Virus record (IMG/VR): IMGVR_UViG_2690316166_000002
Reading direction: 5' to 3' (one strand)
Origin: a virus
Lineage: Duplodnaviria; Heunggongvirae; Uroviricota; Caudoviricetes
DNA: 5,910 nucleotides
Within the stretch, counting starts at the first letter, position 1; every line of letters begins with the position of its first letter. Below the pieces are notes generated by a model that ran no database searches, was not told where the DNA came from, and saw only the letters and a list, made by a program, of their open reading frames with translations. Below, one piece after another: positions 1 to 5,910 of this stretch. Position numbers and translations under genes: made by a program.

Positions 1-1354
<1,354 letters not shown>

Positions 1355-1405
1355 TAAATAATTCAGGGATTATTAACTGTAACCTCATTTCAAAAGGATA
1401 CATAA

Positions 1406-1570
1406 ATGAAATCTAATGAACGTACTTTCAATAGTACCAGTACTAACCCATTCAGTATTAGCGGAAAAGAAACAATTGGAATGAAGAAAAGGATTTACAG
1501 GAGTAAGAGCTATGGCACAGGGATTACAATGTTGGAATGCAGCGGGTGTATTAGTAGTAGATCTGACTGA
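1406..1570 (+). CDS. Possible small ORF (54 aa) overlapping the start of the next gene; doubtful
   Basis: ATG at 1406 is preceded by AAGGA (1393..1397) at good spacing and runs to TGA 1568..1570 (MKSNERTFNSTSTNPFSISGKETIGMKKRIYRSKSYGTGITMLECSGCISSRSD). It overlaps the 1512 gene by 59 nt in another frame and has no recognisable motif, so it may simply be leader sequence. Confidence 0.2.
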   Translation: MKSNERTFNSTSTNPFSISGKETIGMKKRIYRSKSYGTGITMLECSGCISSRSD

Positions 1571-1808
1571 TTATAACATACGTTTTATGGGTACTTATAC
1601 TGTCAAGGCTACTTCTGCACAGACCTATACTGTATCAGTACCAAATATGAAAACTACAGGCTGGTTTGTACACTATGCCCCCGCCAGTGATACCTTTAAT
1701 GAGTGGTCAGCCTTTTGTAATAATGGGTCATTTACTGCGGTTTATTTGCCAACATATGCACCGTTAGCTGGTAACTACACTTTTAACGTATATAAGTGGA
1801 CGGCGTAA
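1512..1808 (+). CDS. Hypothetical protein (98 aa), paralogue of the next gene, in the tail-fibre region
   Basis: ATG 1512 is preceded by AGGAG (1499..1503) at about 8 nt, and there is an in-frame stop upstream at 1482..1484. Stop is TAA 1806..1808. The N-terminus MAQGLQCWNAAGVLVVDLTD matches the N-terminus of the 1810 gene, MAGFEVYNSAGALTIDSTN. Confidence 0.7.
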   Translation: MAQGLQCWNAAGVLVVDLTDYNIRFMGTYTVKATSAQTYTVSVPNMKTTGWFVHYAPASDTFNEWSAFCNNGSFTAVYLPTYAPLAGNYTFNVYKWTA

Positions 1809-1809
1809 G

Positions 1810-2466
1810 ATGGCAGGTTTCGAGGTATATAATTCAGCGGGTGCACTGACTATAGATAGTACTAACAAGTCGATAATGACGGGTGCAGTAAAGGCCATGG
1901 GAAATCTAACTGATACGGGATACTACACAGGCTTTACCTGTGCCTTCGGTAATGGTGGATCGCTCGGTTTCGTTATGCCATCAGTAGTAGCTAACAGGAA
2001 CACAACACAGTACTGGTTCCAGATACAGAAAGACGGGGCATGGTGTTTCCCTGGTGCCTATATGTTCCAGCCTGGCATGGGCAGGTTCATGACAAGTAGT
2101 CACACGGCTACCCCCACATCTGGTTTTCTTGATGTGTTCAGTGAAGAAGGTACTTTAATCTGGTCTGCTGCATCAGCGGCAACAATGCCACGTATCAGGG
2201 GATTTTTGACAGCACCTGCGGCTACCGATCTCAGTACTGCCATTACGGTAACGTCTCCAGTAGCTGATCCCTGGTTCTGCTGGTCACAATGTCCGGGGAA
2301 CATATCAGATGATGGTACAGTAATTGGGTACTCTGGTCTGGTTATCAGGCGTAATTCCAGTACTTCATTCAGTCTACAGTACGTTTCAAAGAACCAGAAA
2401 ACCTACCGCCAGGCAATGGGGAATAATGGTATCCAGATAGCATTGGCGACATTTACAGGGTATTAA
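1810..2466 (+). CDS. Hypothetical protein (218 aa), paralogue of the previous gene with an internal repeat of the shared motif
   Basis: ATG 1810 lies one base after the upstream stop, suggesting translational coupling. Stop is TAA 2464..2466. The N-terminal motif G-F-E-V-Y-N-S-A-G-A-L-T-I-D recurs internally as GFLDVFSEEGTLIWS (about 2122..2166). At the DNA level the 9-mer cagcgggtg sits at the equivalent position in both genes (1541..1549 and 1836..1844). No signal peptide or transmembrane segment is apparent. Confidence 0.75.
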   Translation: MAGFEVYNSAGALTIDSTNKSIMTGAVKAMGNLTDTGYYTGFTCAFGNGGSLGFVMPSVVANRNTTQYWFQIQKDGAWCFPGAYMFQPGMGRFMTSSHTATPTSGFLDVFSEEGTLIWSAASAATMPRIRGFLTAPAATDLSTAITVTSPVADPWFCWSQCPGNISDDGTVIGYSGLVIRRNSSTSFSLQYVSKNQKTYRQAMGNNGIQIALATFTGY

Positions 2467-2467
2467 T

Positions 2468-2491
2468 ACAATAACAATAACAATAACAACA
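2468..2491. repeat. Short hexanucleotide tandem repeat (ACAATA)x3 plus ACAACA in the intergenic spacer
   Basis: Read directly: acaataacaataacaataacaaca, between the stop at 2466 and the RBS/ATG at 2505. Confidence 0.4.
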
Positions 2492-2504
2492 AAGGGATTT
2501 CAGT

Positions 2505-2566
2505 ATGGATATCGGTGCTATTTTAGCTCTTGTTATTTCTGGATGCGTATTCCTTTATACTATCTT
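2505..2566 (+). CDS. Start of a gene with a hydrophobic N-terminal segment (candidate membrane protein; holin-like is speculative); rest masked
   Basis: ATG 2505 is preceded by AAGGGA (about 2492..2497). The visible N-terminus MDIGAILALVISGCVFLYTI is hydrophobic and consistent with a transmembrane helix or signal anchor. The remainder falls in N block 2567..2977, so length and stop are unknown; the track's 203-aa ORF is inflated by N-to-X translation. Confidence 0.4.
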
Positions 2567-2977
2567 NNNNNNNNNNNNNNNNNNNNNNNNNNNNNNNNNN
2601 NNNNNNNNNNNNNNNNNNNNNNNNNNNNNNNNNNNNNNNNNNNNNNNNNNNNNNNNNNNNNNNNNNNNNNNNNNNNNNNNNNNNNNNNNNNNNNNNNNNN
2701 NNNNNNNNNNNNNNNNNNNNNNNNNNNNNNNNNNNNNNNNNNNNNNNNNNNNNNNNNNNNNNNNNNNNNNNNNNNNNNNNNNNNNNNNNNNNNNNNNNNN
2801 NNNNNNNNNNNNNNNNNNNNNNNNNNNNNNNNNNNNNNNNNNNNNNNNNNNNNNNNNNNNNNNNNNNNNNNNNNNNNNNNNNNNNNNNNNNNNNNNNNNN
2901 NNNNNNNNNNNNNNNNNNNNNNNNNNNNNNNNNNNNNNNNNNNNNNNNNNNNNNNNNNNNNNNNNNNNNNNNNNNNN

Positions 2978-3112
2978 ATGTGCTTTCAGGGCTGCTAACA
3001 TCTTACGGAATTTCTTCACCCCGCCAATACCTAACTGGAAGGTCATGATAATAATAAAATCATNNNNNNNNNNNNNNNNNNNNNNNNNNNNNNNNNNNNN
3101 NATCGGGAAGAT
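2978..3112 (-). CDS. Continuation of the lysozyme (C-terminal lobe) in a different minus-strand frame; true 3' end hidden in N block 2567..2977
   Basis: The minus-strand frame with codon 3046..3044 is open from 3112 down into the mask and reads ...DFIIIMTFQLGIGGVKKFRKMLAALKAH, which aligns with T4 lysozyme ...[30 protein letters not shown]. It is offset by one nucleotide from the N-terminal frame; the change of frame must occur in or beside the 38-nt N block 3064..3101. Confidence 0.55.
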
Positions 3113-3359
3113 TTAACCCTAATGTCTGTACCTGCATAATTGTTTTGGCTAAATCGCGAGATAGTAACTTGTCTGCTTCGCTTTCAGTAATGCCAGTACT
3201 AAAATCTTCTCCCGCCTGAATTAAGTGACCATATCCAATAGTACTACATCCTAAACTATCAGCATATGGATAGAATTTCCCATTTCTGAAGTACTTCAAA
3301 TTTGCCTGATACTCTTTAGTACCTTCATATTCTTTTAATCGTGTTTTTAAATCGCTCAT
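3060..3359 (-). CDS. T4-type lysozyme (GH24 endolysin), N-terminal catalytic portion
   Basis: Minus-strand ORF from ATG (3359..3357) reads MSDLKTRLKEYEGTKEYQANLKYFRNGKFYPYADSLGCSTIGYGHLIQAGEDFSTGITESEADKLLSRDLAKTIMQVQTLGLNLPD. This carries the GH24 signature: Glu in LKEYEG, Asp in YAD and Thr in STIGYGH, corresponding to T4 lysozyme E11/D20/T26, and ITESEADKLLSRDL parallels T4 ITKDEAEKLFNQDV. In this frame a TGA stop falls at 3062..3060 right after the N block, giving only about 99 aa, which is too short for a complete GH24 enzyme. Confidence 0.8.
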   Translation of the reverse strand: MSDLKTRLKEYEGTKEYQANLKYFRNGKFYPYADSLGCSTIGYGHLIQAGEDFSTGITESEADKLLSRDLAKTIMQVQTLGLNLPDXXXXXXXXXXXXX

Positions 3360-3369
3360 TTACTAAATA

Positions 3370-3388
3370 CCTATAATGAATTTATAGG
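3370..3388. promoter_or_regulatory. Inverted repeat with an embedded TATAAT in the divergent intergenic region; candidate bidirectional promoter or operator
   Basis: cctataa-tgaat-ttatagg is a 7-bp perfect inverted repeat with a 5-nt spacer. TATAAT lies at 3372..3377 on the + strand, about 19 nt upstream of ATG 3396; on the - strand the same region reads TATAAAT upstream of the lysozyme ATG at 3359. No clear -35 was found. Confidence 0.3.
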
Positions 3389-3395
3389 AATATTT

Positions 3396-3830
3396 ATGAT
3401 GAGTGAATGGAAATACTCGGATGATTGGAGCGAGGAGGAAATGTTATCCGGTGAATATGCTGGTTTCGTTTATATCTTTCAGTTTGAGGATGGTTCTAAT
3501 TATGTCGGTGCTAAGCAAATCTATCAGCGGGTTAAGGATGCGAGAAAGCTAAAGCCCACTTCAAAGGAAAATGGCTGGCGTGAGTACCTCAGTAGTTCCA
3601 ATGTCGTTAAAAACAAAATTGAAAATGGTGAACAGTACTCAAAAACGATTCTATGGTGCTTCGCAACTATGCGAGAGGTAATGATTGTAGAGGCAATACT
3701 GATCCTTCATCAGATGCTTAAACCGGAATGTTTGAATCTGGCAATGATGAGTAAGATTAGATCACCAAATGCAAAGGATAAAAAAAGACTACTCGGAATA
3801 GTACAGGAACTATTGGAGTACTTGAATTGA
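3396..3830 (+). CDS. GIY-YIG-like nuclease-domain protein (144 aa), possibly a homing-endonuclease relative lacking a DNA-binding domain
   Basis: ATG 3396 is preceded by AGGAA (3386..3390). Residues GFVYIFQFEDGSNYVGAKQIYQR fit the GIY...(10-11 aa)...YIG pattern with a following Arg at about +7, comparable to I-TevI GIYQIK...KVYVGSAKDFEKR. Downstream, MREVMIVEA and LN could correspond to the catalytic Glu and Asn. This is motif-level recognition only. Stop is TGA 3828..3830. Confidence 0.6.
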   Translation: MMSEWKYSDDWSEEEMLSGEYAGFVYIFQFEDGSNYVGAKQIYQRVKDARKLKPTSKENGWREYLSSSNVVKNKIENGEQYSKTILWCFATMREVMIVEAILILHQMLKPECLNLAMMSKIRSPNAKDKKRLLGIVQELLEYLN

Positions 3831-3839
3831 GGTAAATAT

Positions 3840-4418
3840 ATGGCAAGTGGAATAAATGGGATTGGTAGTATAAGGAACTATATACAAACGCAGGGAGTTA
3901 GATTAAATAATCAATTCCAGAATGAAATAATTAAACGTTCCAAGCTACTATCCCAAAGAATGCAGGGTGATTTGAATAATAGCGTTGACCGTGGGGCAGT
4001 GGGCTTTACTCAACGTTCCATCCTTTTCTTCTATAGAAAGGTTGGGAGAAATTCAGTTACATCGACCATCATGGTTAAAGATATTCAGGCTAAGTACCTT
4101 TATCAAGTACTGGTACAGCCAAAGGCAATTGATAAGTTTATACCTACTTCATCTACAAGATTAACTAAGCAGGGCAACATTTCAGGACTGAAAAAGAATC
4201 TTTTAAGTGAACGATATAAGGTAGTGAAGGGTAAGAATGGTAAAGAACGATTAATTGATACCGCAAAGAAAGATACCAAGAAGAAAACCAAACGTGTAAT
4301 TGGCTTACGTGAGAAGAAACAACGTCGCCTTATCTATGACTTCTATAAGGAAGCCAATGATGGTGTAAGGGTAATTATGAGCGGTATTCAGGGAACATTC
4401 AGGATAAGTAGACAATGA
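3840..4418 (+). CDS. Hypothetical protein (192 aa) with a Lys/Arg-rich C-terminal half; function unknown, possibly nucleic-acid binding
   Basis: ATG 3840 is preceded by GAGG (about 3829..3832). The ORF is clean; the C-terminal half is strongly basic (KGKNGKERLIDTAKKDTKKKTKRVIGLREKKQRRL). Stop TGA 4416..4418 overlaps the next start (ATGA). Confidence 0.7.
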   Translation: MASGINGIGSIRNYIQTQGVRLNNQFQNEIIKRSKLLSQRMQGDLNNSVDRGAVGFTQRSILFFYRKVGRNSVTSTIMVKDIQAKYLYQVLVQPKAIDKFIPTSSTRLTKQGNISGLKKNLLSERYKVVKGKNGKERLIDTAKKDTKKKTKRVIGLREKKQRRLIYDFYKEANDGVRVIMSGIQGTFRISRQ

Positions 4419-4726
4419 ATTTTGAGCAACATTATGGTGATTTAATAAGCAAGATTAAGCTAAATGGCATGACACCAGATGGTAATAGTATGCCAATTAA
4501 CAAATGTTTTCTTGATAAGAAATTTCAAAAGGTCGTTAAGAAAAGTAATTATCAGATTGATAGCTATATGAACGTTATTTATGAGAAGAAGAAAGATTTC
4601 AAAGTTGGTGAAGTACTTGAATGGGAATTACAGGGTGAAAAGATGCCTGTATTTCTAATTGAGAGTAAAAAGCTCTTTGTGAAGGGTAAACATTTTTGGG
4701 TATATGCCGTGGGGATTATTGAATGA
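4415..4726 (+). CDS. Hypothetical protein (103 aa), translationally coupled to the upstream gene
   Basis: ATG 4415 overlaps the upstream stop as ATGA (4415..4418). The ORF runs to TGA 4724..4726. No recognisable motif. Confidence 0.7.
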   Translation: MNFEQHYGDLISKIKLNGMTPDGNSMPINKCFLDKKFQKVVKKSNYQIDSYMNVIYEKKKDFKVGEVLEWELQGEKMPVFLIESKKLFVKGKHFWVYAVGIIE

Positions 4727-4768
4727 TTAGTATATTGATTGAGTTTCTGAAGTCAGGATTGGATTTTT
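4723..4768 (+). CDS. Possible start of a further coupled gene (MISILIEFLKSGLDF...), running into an N block
   Basis: ATG 4723 overlaps the previous stop as ATGA (4723..4726), the same arrangement as at 4415. Only 15 codons are visible before N block 4769..4802. Confidence 0.3.
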
Positions 4769-4804
4769 NNNNNNNNNNNNNNNNNNNNNNNNNNNNNNNN
4801 NNTT

Positions 4805-4921
4805 TTCATTAAGAAGAAAACTATTGAACAGGAAGTAAAGAAAACGAATGTAGAAGGGCAGATTGAAACGAATAAAGAAGAGATTGAAAAGGTAACATTC
4901 CACTGGCGTAATGCCCTCGGT
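4805..4921 (+). CDS. Internal fragment of a + strand coding region between two N blocks (Lys/Glu-rich peptide)
   Basis: Frame 2 is open across the whole unmasked island and reads FIKKKTIEQEVKKTNVEGQIETNKEEIEKVTFHWRNALG on the purine-rich strand. The other two + frames stop inside the island. The two - frames that are open here give Phe/Leu-rich antisense-like peptides. Its relationship to the ATG at 4723 is unknown because the frame differs across the 34-nt mask. Confidence 0.4.
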
Positions 4922-5774
4922 NNNNNNNNNNNNNNNNNNNNNNNNNNNNNNNNNNNNNNNNNNNNNNNNNNNNNNNNNNNNNNNNNNNNNNNNNNNNNNN
5001 NNNNNNNNNNNNNNNNNNNNNNNNNNNNNNNNNNNNNNNNNNNNNNNNNNNNNNNNNNNNNNNNNNNNNNNNNNNNNNNNNNNNNNNNNNNNNNNNNNNN
5101 NNNNNNNNNNNNNNNNNNNNNNNNNNNNNNNNNNNNNNNNNNNNNNNNNNNNNNNNNNNNNNNNNNNNNNNNNNNNNNNNNNNNNNNNNNNNNNNNNNNN
5201 NNNNNNNNNNNNNNNNNNNNNNNNNNNNNNNNNNNNNNNNNNNNNNNNNNNNNNNNNNNNNNNNNNNNNNNNNNNNNNNNNNNNNNNNNNNNNNNNNNNN
5301 NNNNNNNNNNNNNNNNNNNNNNNNNNNNNNNNNNNNNNNNNNNNNNNANNNNNNNNNNNNNNNNNNNNNNNNNNNNNNNNNNNNNNNNNNNNNNNNNNNN
5401 NNNNNNNNNNNNNNNNNNNNNNNNNNNNNNNNNNNNNNNNNNNNNNNNNNNNNNNNNNNNNNNNNNNNNNNNNNNNNNNNNNNNNNNNNNNNNNNNNNNN
5501 NNNNNNNNNNNNNNNNNNNNNNNNNNNNNNNNNNNNNNNNNNNNNNNNNNNNNNNNNNNNNNNNNNNNNNNNNNNNNNNNNNNNNNNNNNNNNNNNNNNN
5601 NNNNNNNNNNNNNNNNNNNNNNNNNNNNNNNNNNNNNNNNNNNNNNNNNNNNNNNNNNNNNNNNNNNNNNNNNNNNNNNNNNNNNNNNNNNNNNNNNNNN
5701 NNNNNNNNNNNNNNNNNNNNNNNNNNNNNNNNNNNNNNNNNNNNNNNNNNNNNNNNNNNNNNNNNNNNNNNNNN

Positions 5775-5910
5775 GATTCGTATAAAAATATTGATTTTAT
5801 CATATCTGGACATTTGCCGATTTCCGATAATAGAAACATTCAGGTGTTTGGTGGTGCGAATCATAATCTTCTTTGTCATTTCAATTATGATGAGCTACCA
5901 TCCGATAAAG
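5775..5910. other. Coding-like unmasked island at the right edge; strand and frame unresolved
   Basis: Four of six frames are open across this 136-nt island. The + frame gives DSYKNIDFIISGHLPISDNRNIQVFGGANHNLLCHFNYDELPSDK; the - strand has ATG at 5879 (MTKKIMIRTTKHLNVSIIGNRQ...) with no convincing RBS. The island is too short and AT-rich to decide between them. Confidence 0.25.

Noticed and set aside
2100-2303. Minus-strand ORF of 67 aa inside the 1810..2466 gene
   Set aside because: It is entirely antisense to a well-supported + strand gene with a paralogue and has no RBS or motif.
2555-3046. Minus-strand ORF of 163 aa starting at ATG 3046 as an independent gene
   Set aside because: Its visible N-terminus is the internal region of GH24 lysozyme (MTFQLGIGGVKKFRKML aligns with T4 [13 protein letters not shown]), so it is the continuation of the lysozyme and not a separate gene; its length is inflated by the N block.
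2530-3048. Plus-strand ORFs 2530..3048 and 2543..2998 and the full 203-aa extent of 2505..3116
   Set aside because: They are open only because the 411-nt N block translates to X; their unmasked 3' ends overlap sequence that is clearly lysozyme on the minus strand.
4103-4291. Minus-strand ORF of 62 aa inside the 3840..4418 gene
   Set aside because: It is antisense to the Lys-rich coding region, and its Phe/Leu-rich translation is the expected mirror image of AAA/GAA-rich sense codons.
4727-5879. Two long minus-strand ORFs (370 aa and 352 aa) spanning the 853-nt N block
   Set aside because: They are artefacts of N-to-X translation; in the unmasked island 4803..4921 the minus frames give antisense-like Phe/Leu-rich peptides while the + strand gives a natural Lys/Glu-rich peptide.
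5775-5910. Metallophosphatase-like motif (ISGH ... GGANHN) in the + frame of the right-edge island
   Set aside because: The resemblance to the GNH(D/E) and GH motifs is loose, and four of six frames are open here, so even the coding strand is uncertain.

Overview
This window looks like part of a phage or prophage structural/lysis region from an AT-rich genome (about 40% GC by eye), and roughly a quarter of it is N-masked, which limits every call. From left to right on the + strand: the tail end of an upstream gene, a hypothetical gene (96..509), and a tail-fibre / host-specificity-type protein with a Ser/Thr-rich heptad-like segment (about 489..1354). Two tandem paralogous small genes follow (1512..1808 and 1810..2466), then a gene starting at 2505 with a hydrophobic N-terminus that runs into a 411-nt N block. 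Convergent with that, on the - strand, is a T4-type (GH24) lysozyme gene whose N- and C-terminal halves sit in different frames either side of a 38-nt N block. Divergent from the lysozyme start is a + strand run of closely packed small genes: a GIY-YIG-like nuclease-domain protein (3396..3830), a Lys/Arg-rich 192-aa protein (3840..4418) and a 103-aa protein (4415..4726), the last two joined by an ATGA stop/start overlap. Further coding then disappears into an 853-nt N block. I see no rRNA, tRNA, CRISPR array or transposase. Most products are unrecognised; the lysozyme and the tail-fibre assignment are the only ones I would defend by sequence motif. The long ORFs in the track that span N blocks are artefacts of translating N as X.
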